Source of the DNA: Eledone cirrhosa
Taxonomy: Eukaryota
Length of the DNA stretch: 64,000 nucleotides
Reading direction: 5' to 3'
NCBI GenBank assembly: GCA_964016885.1
Contig: OZ024765.1
Coordinates: 7,192,001-7,256,000 of the forward strand
Positions 12,714 to 25,900 of the stretch are shown piece after piece. Position numbers and translations under genes: made by a program. The notes beneath the pieces are model-generated. The model searched no databases, had not been told where the DNA came from, and saw nothing but the letters and a program-made list of their open reading frames with translations. Every line of letters starts with the position of its first letter. Positions within the stretch are counted from its first letter, which is position 1.

Positions 12714-15700
12714 CTGAAAATAGTACTACTAGGTACTGATATATATTATGAATAGTACTTTCAATGCAATACATGGGTCAGCTGAGAAGTTCATAGGCTG
12801 ACCAAGATACTCTCATGGCATGACCAAATGAGGTTTATTTTTCAACATAGTCCTAGGAAAGAAATAATGCAGTTATTAATAACAAGAATTGAAATTAATG
12901 CATGCAAGATTTCACAGCTCTAGCATCACTCCTTCTTGATCCTCTTACAATATAAATCTATACTCACAATTTTGGGTGCGTTGCTGTGATATTACGGACT
13001 GGAGATGTGCCAGTGTTAAGCCTTTTTGGTGGGGTCAAGTAGCAATCATATTTCTCACCTTCTCCACCTTCAGCTGAAAAATAACAAGAGATATTACTGC
13101 ATAAGTGTGTTGGACATAGGATCATAATGTCACGGGTTCAATTCCTTGACTGGCTGCTATGTTGTGTTCTTCATTTCATGTCACTCCAGTGGTAAAGGTG
13201 CTGGACTTATGATCAGAATATCATGAGTTTGATTCCTGGACTGGGTTGTGTTGTGTTCTTGAGCAAAATACTTCATTTCACGTTGCTCCAGTACACACAG
13301 CTGAAAATGAGTACCAGCAGCAATAACTGGGGAGTTTAAGCCTGTGGTGGACTGGTGTCCTTTCCAGGGAAGAAGTCTTGTACTCTCAGTCACTTAACCC
13401 TTTAGCATTCAAACCGGCCGTATCCGGCCAGACTTTTCTCACCTTTTTCTGTTGAAACTGGCTGTAACTGGCCGCTCATATTTATGTTAAGGTATTGTTC
13501 TCAAAATAAATGATATCAAAATTTCATAGATTCGATATTATGTGAGATAATTATGTGAGATAAAGCCTTTGCCACAGAAATATAATAGTATATATAGAGT
13601 AATGTAATTGCTAAAGGGTTAATGTCACAGAAAAAGGATAAGCACCGGTCTGATGAGCTTGTGGGCTTGGGACAGACTTGGTTTGGACGTGTGATGAGCA
13701 TGGACAATGAAGAAGTTGGGTGAAGAGGTGCTAGAAAATGCCGGTGGAAGGGGGTCGCAGTAGAGGTAGACCTGGAAAGACCTGGGAAGAGGTTGTGAGA
13801 GTTGACCTCAAATCACTGAGACTCACAGAGGAGATGACAAAAGATGGCAACGTGTGGAAAGATGCTGTGCTAAGAAGCATGACAGTGTGGAAAAGCGGGC
13901 ATAAATATGATGAGGATCATGATGCACTATGCCATTTTATTCAGCTATTTTACATTAGAAATCACAAAGAAACATTATTGAAAGTAGAGAGAAAAGGTGG
14001 TAAACTGTATCACTTACATTTTCTTTTCCCCAGTGGGCTATATCTGGCTATTGGACTCATACTCCTGAAAAAGATAAGATGAAGTGGTTGAGTGTGAATG
14101 TGTGTGTATACATACATACATATATATATATATATGTATGTGTGTGTATATACATACATATATAAACATATCAGGGTATCAGTATAAGTTATTAACTCTG
14201 CCTTTTATTTAAACATTTTTTCACGCTCAGAGTTGCTGAAGCATGGAACAAACTACCTGCATCAGTTGTTAGCTGTCGAGACACTGTATCCTTTAAAACC
14301 TCCATGCTTCCCGAGATCCGCCAACACTACAGCTAATGTTCCCCCTCCATACACATACACACATGTATACCATGACTCATACACTATTCACTTCCCTGAC
14401 ATTTGTGTATTATTCTATGTACTATACATACACCTTTGACGAGTTGTAGTGCACCTGAGCACTTTACACAATAATTTCATTATTATATAAACATATATAT
14501 ATATATGTGTGTGTGTGTGTATACATATATATAAACATATACATATATATAAACATATACATATATATATATGTGTGTGTGTATACATACATATAAACAT
14601 ATATATAGAGGGGGGGGGGTAAACTCCAACTGTGGCACTTTGGTCGGGATTTTACCCTGGTCTCAGCACTACAGGCTCTCTAGACTGGCTGCCCATGGGA
14701 ACTTCTCTATGCTGACAATCTGCTACTTATAGCAGAATCAGTAGAGGAGCTAGAGAATAAATTCTGGCTATGGAAACAGCAGTTGGAAGCAAGAGGACTG
14801 AGAGTGAACCTACAAAGACTAAAGTACTGATAAGCAGGAAAGAGGACAAAACTCTGATTCCATCAGGGAAATGGCCATGTGCAATATGTAGAAAAGGAGT
14901 TGACATAAACTCTAAAGAATGTACACAATGCAGATCTTGGGTACACAAGAAGTGTAGTGGGATAGCAGGCCAGCTAAGAGGAAGTTAAAACTTCATATGT
15001 AGTTGATGTTCAGGGACATTTGATAGTAGAAGTGTCAGTGATAGGCACATTTTTGAAATGCAGGTAGGATCTAGCTGATAGCTTCCGGTACCTAGGTGAT
15101 CAGATTAGCAAGGGAGGAGGGTGCTCTGAAGCCATAATATCTAGAATAAGGACATGTGATGTGGATGGAAGATGACCGCTGGGTGAAGAAGTGCTAAGAA
15201 ATCCCATTGGAAGGAAGACACAGACGAGGAAGACCACGAAAAACATGGGCAGAGGTAGTGGGAGCTGACCTAAGATCGCTGAAGCTCAGAGAGGAGATGA
15301 TGAAGGACCGTAACGAATGGAGAGATGCTGTGCTGAAAAGGACCCATCCCACCCTTGCAAGCAAGGAAAAGCGGACGATATCATCCGCAGTTGCACCATT
15401 TTACGTCCGCTTTTCTTTGCTTGCAAGGGTGGGACAGGTCCTTTTCAGCACAGCATCTCTCCATTCATCACGGCCCTTCGTAATTTCCACTTCAGTGATC
15501 TGAGGTCAGCTCTCACCACCTCCGCCCATGATTTTCATGGTATTCCTCTACTGCGTCTTGCTTCCACTGGGATTTCTTGGCACTTCTTTACCCAGCGGTC
15601 ATCCTCCATGTGCATCACATGTCCATACCAACGCAGTCTTATGTATATATATAAATACATACCCCCTCCGCCTCTGTGGTATTTTCTTCGGGGTTATAAG

Positions 15701-16133
15701 AGGCTTAGCTCTGTTTCTCGACCGTTATATCGCGTGACTATCTCCCCCTCCGCCTTTTGGGATTCTTTCTCACGTCGTGTAGACGCGTTCTTGAGACTAG
15801 TAAAATGAGGTATCCTCTTGATAAGTCGGCAGACCTCGCAGGGACTCTATATCTTTATGATGTATTGTTTTTGTTTATGCCACGAAACTACGTAGTCGAG
15901 GAATCTAGGAGCAGTTTAGGTATGATACATTTTATTACTAATTATATCTAAATGTTTCTTCTCTCTTCATAATGTATTTTTAACTCTGATACTGGTTCAG
16001 TCTGGTTCAACCGGATTGGTCTGTCCCAGTCATTCATTGAGCAACATCGGTGAGGTTGGCACCCTTAACTCACAGTTGGGTGTGGATGCATTCATGTATA
16101 TGTGTGTGTCCGCATGTATCTGTGTGTTTCTAA

Positions 16134-16186
<53 letters not shown>

Positions 16187-16697
16187 CACATACATATATA
16201 TACACTATGTCTACAAAAAAAAACATGACAAGGTATGCTTGAACAATGCAACAACAACAATAACAAGAGGAACAGAATCAATAATAAATGTTGTAATTCT
16301 CACCTCATCAGTGTTTTTGTGTTTGGACTGTGGGTAGGGCTGGACAAAAATGCAACATTTTTTACAGGAACTTGCATAGACGGGGAAAAACATTGCTGTG
16401 AAGAGAGAGAGAAGAAAGAGAAGATATATATATATATTCTTAATATAAAAAGGAACAAAGAATCATTGTTGCATCATATACATATATGATTACATATTAC
16501 ATGTGTTTCACTGTCCATCAGCTCAAGGAACGATCTATTAATGATCAAACCTGACTCTAGAATCGGAAGCTCCTCAGATAAGTTTTAACCTGTAGACTCG
16601 CATCGAGTGCTCATTCAGCATACCGCCTATGGATGCACTTAATTTGCACCTTTATATATATATATATATATATTTTAGTCTTCAAATTTATTATTAT

Positions 16698-16738
<41 letters not shown>

Positions 16739-16983
16739 CAAGATCCCAGACTTCATTCGCTTATCGAGTCGGGTGGAGCTCATTAAATCAGACCAATGTT
16801 TCCATCGGTCTTTCCAATTGCTAATACTATATGTCGGTCACAAATCAAAGCAGAGACGTGAAATAAAGTGTCTTGCTCAAGGATATAACACATCGCCTGG
16901 TCCGGGAATCAAAAGCACAACCTCACGATTGCAAATCCAATTCTCTAACCGCTCAGCCATGTGCCTTCACTATATATAATATA

Positions 16984-17040
<57 letters not shown>

Positions 17041-19467
17041 CTAGGGCGGGTAAAATTCCCGAGATCCATGGACGAGTTCTCTCCAGCGGTCTCTGTCCCT
17101 CATTATCGCTGCCATGTCCTGCGTCTCCAACAGACCAGTGTCTGTCCTTAGGGCATCAACATACGTTAACCTTGGTCTTCCTCTTCCAGTGTGTCCATGC
17201 AGGGGCTCCCACAGGAGCACTGAGTGCAGTGTCAACTCTGGATGTCGGTGAGCATGTCCAGCTAACCTCAGTCTCCTCTGTGTCACTGTTGAGCTGACTT
17301 TTGGGAGGCTCCCGTACAGCTCTGAGTATTTCAACCTCACTGTATACTGATTAATGTTCAGAGCCATCCTCAGCATTCTTATGTAGCACCCATCCACCAT
17401 CTGAGTGAGTTTCTTGGTCAGTGTCCAAGTCTCAGACCCATACAGCAATGAAAAGGCGGATTTTCAGGTCTCTACGAAGGTCCAACTTCCACACCTATCT
17501 CAAGCTGTGGCACGCCGCCCAGGCCTTGCTCCTCCTCTCAACCACATCATATATAAATATGAAGTGTGTGTGTAAGAGAGACATCCATTCTGAACCATCG
17601 CCCCACAACAATAACTAGTATAACTACAACAAACACAACTACTATAACAACCACCACCACAATTATAACAACCACTACTAGCACAACAACCACTACTATC
17701 ATCACCTAAACTACCACCACAAGAACATCAACACAACAACAACTACAATTACAACCACTACTACTACTACTACTACAACAACAACCACCACCACAATTAT
17801 AACAACCACTACTAGCACAACAACCACTACCACCACCATCATCACCTAAACAACTACCACCACAAGAACATCAACACAACAACTACAATATCATCACAAC
17901 TACAATTACAACCACTACTACTACTACTACTACTACAACAACAACCACTACTATCATCACCTAAACTACCACCACAAGAACATCAACACAACAACAACTA
18001 CAATTACAACCACAACCACTACTACTACTACTACTACAACAACAACCACTACTATCATCACCTAAACTACCACCACAAGAACATCAACACAACAACAACT
18101 ACAATTACAACCACTACTACTACTACTACTACAACAACAACCACTACTATCATCACCTAAACTACCACCACAAGAACATCAACACAACAACAACTACAAT
18201 TACAACCACTACTACTACTACTACTACAACAACAACCACTACTATCATCACCTAAACTACCACCACAAGAACATCAACACAACAACAACTACAATTACAA
18301 CCACTACTACTACTACTACTACTACAACAACAACCACCACTATCATCACCTAAACTACCACCACAAGAACATCAACACAACAACAACTACAATTACAACC
18401 ACAACCACTACTACTACTACTACTACAACAACAACCACTACTATCATCACCTAAACTACCACCACAAGAACATCAACACAACAACAACTACAATTACAAC
18501 CACTACTACTACTACTACTACTACAACAACAACCACCACCATCATCACCTAAATAACTACCACCACAAGAACATCAACACAACAACAACTACAATTACAA
18601 CCACTACTACTACTACTACTACAACAACAACAACCACCACTATCATCACCTAAACTACCACCACAAGAACATCAACACAACAACAACTACAATTACAACC
18701 ACTACTACTACTACTACTACTACAACAACAACCACTACTATCATCACCTAAACTACCACCACAAGAACATCAACACAACAACAACTACAATTACAACCAC
18801 TACTACTACTACTACTACTACAACAACAACCACCACCACAATTATAACAACCACTACTAGCACAACAACCACTACCACCACCATCATCACCTAAACAACT
18901 ACCACCACAAGAACATCAACACAACAACAACTACAATTACAACCACTACTACTACTACTACTACAACAACAACCACCACCACAATTATAACAACCACTAC
19001 TAGCACAACAACCACTACTATCATCACCTAAACTACCACCACAAGAACATCAACACAACAACAACTACAATTACAACCACTACTACTACAACCACTACTA
19101 GCACAACAACCACTACTATCATCACCTAAACTACCACCACAAGAACATCAACACAACAACAACTACAATTACAACCACTACTACTACTACTACTACAACA
19201 ACAACCACCACTACTACTACTAGTATTACTACTACTAGTAGTAGTAATAGTAGTAGTAGTAGTAGTAGAAGACTCACCTTGCCAAGCCGTTGTGGTGGCG
19301 GTGGAGAAGGAGAGCCACATGTCATGGCTGGCAGTGTAACAATGGACTGGGATTCACTGCAGCACCGCAATCTCCTCTCGGGTAGCATGGCTTCCTCCTG
19401 GAAAATACAGACACACATCCACATAGCTGGGGTAATGATGGGAGTTAGAACTGGAGGGAGGGGGGCA

Positions 19468-19502
<35 letters not shown>

Positions 19503-19647
19503 GGGAGAGGGGGAGAGAGAGTAAGAGAGGGGGAGAGGGTTAGGGAGAGATAGAGGGAGTAAGAGAGAAAAAAGAGAGAAAGGAGTAGAGAGAAAGAGAG
19601 AGAAAGGGAGTAAGAGAGAGAGAGAGGAAGAGAAAGAGAAAGATAGG

Positions 19648-19685
<38 letters not shown>

Positions 19686-19819
19686 TAGGGAGAGATAGAG
19701 GGAGTAAGAGAGAAAAAAAGAGAGAAAGGAGTAGAGAGAAAGAGAGAGAAAGGGAGTAAGAGAGAGAGAGAGAGAAAGGAAGAGAGAGAGAGAGAGAGGA
19801 AGAGAAAGAGAAAGATAGG

Positions 19820-19857
<38 letters not shown>

Positions 19858-19929
19858 TAGGGAGAGATAGAGGGAGTAAGAGAGAAAAAAGAGAGAAAGG
19901 AGTAGAGAGAAAGAGAGAGAAAGGGAGTA

Positions 19930-19969
<40 letters not shown>

Positions 19970-22900
19970 GAAGAGAAAGAGAAAGATAGGGAGAAAGAGA
20001 GAGAGAGAGAGAGATAGAGAGGGAGTGAGAGGGGGCAACAGTGAGAAACAGAGAGAGAGAAAAGGAAAGAGGAAGAGAGAGAGAGAGAAAGACTTTTTAG
20101 ACACATTATTATGAACAAGGGAAGAAAAAAAACCCCCCAAAGATTCTCCAAGTTGAATGACAAAACTTACCAAAGAAAAATCTTCCCAAGAACTTGACAT
20201 TGTTATGACATTCTGGATTTGTCTGCGAAGGTTTCGAGAATTGGAAAAAAGGGAAGAAAAAATATAAGTTTCGAGAAAGAAATGTTTAGAAAGCTGTGAG
20301 TGACATTTGAAAATTGAAATAGAAATATAAAGCTTTGCTGTAACATTTGACTAAATAACGGTAAAGGGTAAAGACTTCCTTCTGTCACAAATGACCATGG
20401 GATTTGAACCTAGAAAGCAAGGCACAAGTCCAGGCAATGTTGTTCGACTAGAACTGTTTCAATTTCTTTTGAATGAAACAGTTCTAGTCCTGTAGAAGCC
20501 ATTTCTATATTAAACATGATATATATATATATATATATATATAAATGAAAGTATAGAAATTATTGTGAGCGTGAAGCCAACAGTATTTCATAATATATAA
20601 GTGACTATAACGTCAAAATGGAAAATAATTAACGTAAGATGTGGGAAAATAATTCAAACTCAATTAAAAAAAAATCAAGACATAGAATTTTGTGAAATCC
20701 AGGAAAAAATCAATATATATATATATATATATATATAGTAATAATAATAAAATTGAAGACTAAAATCCAAAGAGGGCTCAATAAGGTAAATATATATCAA
20801 ATATATAAGAACCGTAGAGCAAATATTTATTAAAATAACAGATTAAAGTTTAAGCAAAGAATCGCTGCTTTCACCCTTAACGGGATCTTCTGAAACTAAC
20901 AAAGTCAATCTGTAAACGCAGAAGTGGATATTTCAAAAAACGTTGCAACCGGAGGAAGACAGGAAGACGATACTTTGGTTCGTGGTAACGTTCGCTGGCA
21001 AAGAACGTTTTTTCCCGTTCTTTGCCAGCGAACGTTACCACGAACCAAAGTATCGTCTTCCTGTCTTCCTCCGGTTGCAACGTTTTTTGAAATATCCACT
21101 TCTGCGTTTACAGATTGACTTTGTTAGTTTCAGAAGATCCCATTAAGGGTGAAAGCAGCGATTCTTTGCTTAAACTTTAATCTGTTATTTTAATAAATAT
21201 ATATATATATATATATAAAGAAAAAAAGATGAAATCGAAAATGCAACTGGAGTCTTATTTTTAAAAAAATATATATATTTATTTGGTTCCTTTACTGGTT
21301 TCGCAGTTCTTCTGCTTTTCAAAAGTAGAGTTGAGATGGAGGGTCTGTGGTTTTTCATATACATACACACACACGCACACATATATGTAGGAGGTGAGTT
21401 TTATTGTAGCACAATAAAGCAATGCAAATATCAGATAAGTAGCACTCAACAGTTTATGGGACTGGAGTATAAATAATATAAGATCAAAAGATGGTTAAAA
21501 GAGTTCCATGTATTTTATTATGCGCATTTCAAAAACAAATATCATCATGGGATGATACTTGCGTTCTCATCAGATAAAATAGGGAGACATGATATGAGAA
21601 CGCAGATATCATCCCATGATGATATTTGTTTTTGAAATGTGCATAATAAAATACATGGAACTCTTTTAACCATCTTTTAATCTTATATTATATATATATA
21701 TATATTATATATATAAGTATAAAGGATGATGTACTGAAGTGCATACACAGTATAAAATAGCTTATACTTATACATATAATAATAATAATGTTTTTATAAG
21801 TCCATAAGCTCTAGTTTCACCACTTCAAGACAGCATTTCTAATGAAATACACTGTTAAAAGTGATTAATTAAAAATTTTGAGGGATTTATTAAAATTATT
21901 AATTATTTCATTACTAAGACAGTAACTTAATGTAAGCTTCTCATATAAAATTATGTTGGAAGATTTTAATATAAATTGAAAACTTTTAAAATGGGTGACT
22001 TTATTTTATAGAAGCAGAACCAGTTTTAACCAGATTGGTAACTAATGGGTTAAGTAAATAAAGACAAACCTTTCATGTTCGGTCTCTCGATCAGTAATAT
22101 GGCTCTCTTCTCTCTTGATTTGGTTTATTCGATCAGGAATTTTTAGATTTGACTGTGTATATAGATAATATATAGACTGTGTATATAGATAATATATAGA
22201 CTGTGTATATAGATATATAGACTGTTTATATATAATATATAGACTGTGTATATAGATAATATATAGACTGTGTATATAGATAATATATAGACAGTGTATA
22301 TAGATAATATATAGACTGTTTATATATAATATATAGACTGTGTATATAGATAATATATAGACTGTGTATATAGATAATATATAGACTGTGTATATAGATA
22401 ATATATAGACTGTTTATATATAATATATAGACTGTGTATATAGATAATATATAGACTGTTTATATATAATATATAGACTGTATATAGATAATATATAGAC
22501 TGTTTATATATAATATATAGACTGTGTATATAGATAATATATAGACTGTTTATATATAATATATAGACTGTGTATATAGATAATATATAGACTGTTTATA
22601 TATAATATATAGACTGTGTATATAGATAATATATAGACTGTTTATATATAATATATAGACTGTGTATATAGATAATATATAGACTGTTTATATATAATAT
22701 ATAGACTGTGTATATAGATAATATATAGACTGTTTATATATAATATATAGACTGTATATAGATAATATATAGACTGTTTATATATAATATATAGACTGTG
22801 TATATAGATAATATATAGACTGTTTATATATAATATATAGACTGTTTATATATAATATATAGACTGTGTATATAGATAATATATAGATTGTGTATATAGA

Positions 22901-25900
22901 TAATATATAGACTGTTTATATATAATATATAGACTGTGTATATAGATAATATATAGACTGTTTATATAAATATATAAACTGTTTATATATAATATATAGA
23001 CTGTGTATATAGATAATATATAGACTGTGTATATAGATAATATATAGACTGTGTACATATAATATATAGTCTGTGTATATAGATAATATATAGACTGTGT
23101 ATATAGATAATATATAGACTGTGTATATAGATAATATATAGACTGTGTATATATAATATATAGACTGTGTATATAGATAATATATAGACTGTACATATAT
23201 ATAGACAATATATAGACTGTATATATATATATATAATATATAGACTGTATATAATATATAGATGATATATAATATAAATGATCGAAGCATATTCTATATT
23301 ACATAGATGATATATAATATATAGACTGTATATATACAATATATAGATTGTATATAGATAATATATAAACTATGTATAATATATAGATTGTATATAAATA
23401 ATATATAGACTGTATATATACAATATATAGATTGTATATAGATAATATATAAACTATGTATAATATATAGATTGTATATAAATAATATATAGACTGTATA
23501 TATACAATATATAGATTGTATATAGATAATATATAAACTATGTATAATATATAGATTGTATATAAATAATATATAGACTGTATATATACAATATATAGAT
23601 TGTATATAGATAATATATAAACTATGTATAATATATAGATTGTATATAAATAATATATAGACTGTATATATACAATATATAGATTGTATATAGATAATAT
23701 ATAAACTATGTATAATATATAGATTGTATATAAATAATATATAGACTGTATATATACAATATATAGATTGTATATAGATAATATATAAACTATGTATAAT
23801 ATATAGATTGTATATAAATAATATATAGACTGTAATGAAAGTAACAGAAAGAGTTATAGCACAGCTGATTAGGGACCGGGTGAATATAGACGAGATGCAA
23901 TTTGGGTTTGTACCAGGGAAAGGCACCACTGATGCGCTCTTCCTTGTGAGGCAATTACAGGAAAAGTACCTAGCTAAAAGTAAGCCACTCTACTTGGCAT
24001 TTGTCGACCTTGAGAAAGCCTTTGACAGAGTTCCACGTGCAGTAATCTGGTGGGCTCTTAGAAAACTAGGAGTAGATGAATGGCTTGTGAAAGCGGTACA
24101 AGCCATGTATAGGGGAGCAGTCAGCAAAGTTAGGATTGGCAATGAGTATAGCGAGGAATTTAGCGTACAGGTTGGGGTCCACCAGGGCTCTGTTCTTAGC
24201 CCTCTCCTGTTCATCATAGTCCTGCAGGCAATAACGGAGGAGTTTAAGACCGGATGCCCATGGGAACTCCTGTATGCTGATGACCTCGCACTCATAGCTG
24301 AATCTATGGTAGAACTAGAGAATAAATTCCAAACCTGGAAGCAGGGACTAGAGAGAAAGGGCCTCAAAGTCAACATGACAAAGACTAAGGTCCTTATAAG
24401 TAGACGAGAAAACAGAACCCAGATCCCCTCAGGGAAATGGCCTTGCTCAGTATGTAGGAAAAGTGTAGGTAGGAACTCCATTCTTTGCCCCAAATGCAAA
24501 CAATGGGTACACAAGAGATGTAGCGGGATCTCAGGAAGCTTAATTAAGAATGTAGGATTCACATGCAGCAGCTGTGCTGAAACAGCAAGCAAACAGCCAC
24601 AGGAAACAAGTACCACCAATCTCTGGGAGGGCCCTGTAGAAACAGTAGACAGCTTCTGCTACCTAGGTGACCGAATTAGCAACGGAGGTGGGTGCTCAGA
24701 AAGTACAATAACTAGGGTAAGAACGGGATGGAAGAAGTTTAGGGAACTACTACCACTGCTAGCTGCAAAAGGCTTCTCCCTCAGAATGAAAGGCAGACTG
24801 TATGATGCGTGTATCCGAACAGCGATGTTGCATGGTAGTGAGACCTGGGCGCTGAAGGTGGAAGACTTACGTAGATTAGAGAGAAACGAAGCCTGCATGC
24901 TCCGATGGATGTGTAACAGTAATATACGTGAACGACAAAGCATAAATGAATTGAGAGAGAGACTGAGCATAAGAGGAATCAAATGCTGCGTGCAGGAGAG
25001 GCGGTTACGCTGGTATGGACATGTGATGCGTATGAAGGATGACAGCTGCATAAAAAGGTGCAGAGCACTAGAAGTTGATGGAAACCGCGGAGTGGGGAGA
25101 CCCAAGATGACTTGGGATGAGGTGATAAAAGCCGACCTTACCCAACTACACCTCGCAAAGTCAATGACACACGACCGTGACTTCTGGCGTCACGCAGTAA
25201 TACAGGGTACCCGACCTCCCATGGGTACATGCTGAAGCATATAAACAATATGCCCCCCCCCCCCCCACCGCAAGGTGGTCGTGGAGGTGCCACGGCAAAA
25301 AAGCACCCAGCCCACACTGTAAAGTGGACGTGTAGGCGCCACGAAAAAGCACCCAGCACTCACTGTAAATGAGGTTGGTGTTAGGAAGGGCATCCAGCTG
25401 TAGAAATCAAGCCAGATCAGTTCCTGTATGAGCAAGGCATGGTCAGCCGACCAGACACTGCCCACAACAGGACAACCCGTCTAACCCATGCTAGCGTGGA
25501 AGAACGGACGTAAAACGGTGATGATGATGATGATGATGACTGTATATATACAATATATAGATTGTATATAGATAATATATAGATTGTATATAAATAATAT
25601 ATAGACTGTATATAATATATAGACTGTATATAATATATAAACTGTGTATAATATATAGACTGTATATAAATAATATATAGACTGTATATAATATATAGAC
25701 TGTATATAATATATAGACTGTAAATAATATATAGACTGTATATATACAATATATAGATTGTATATAAATAATATATAGACTGTATATAATATATAGACTG
25801 TATATAATATATAAACTGTGTATAATATATAGACTGTATATAATATATAGACTGTATATATACAATATATAGATTGTATATAGATAATATATAAACTATG

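Noticed and set aside
13645-13680. CTGATGA motifs at 13650 and 1264
   Set aside because: No GAAA or stem III/I partner at a suitable distance; the first is a SINE tail.
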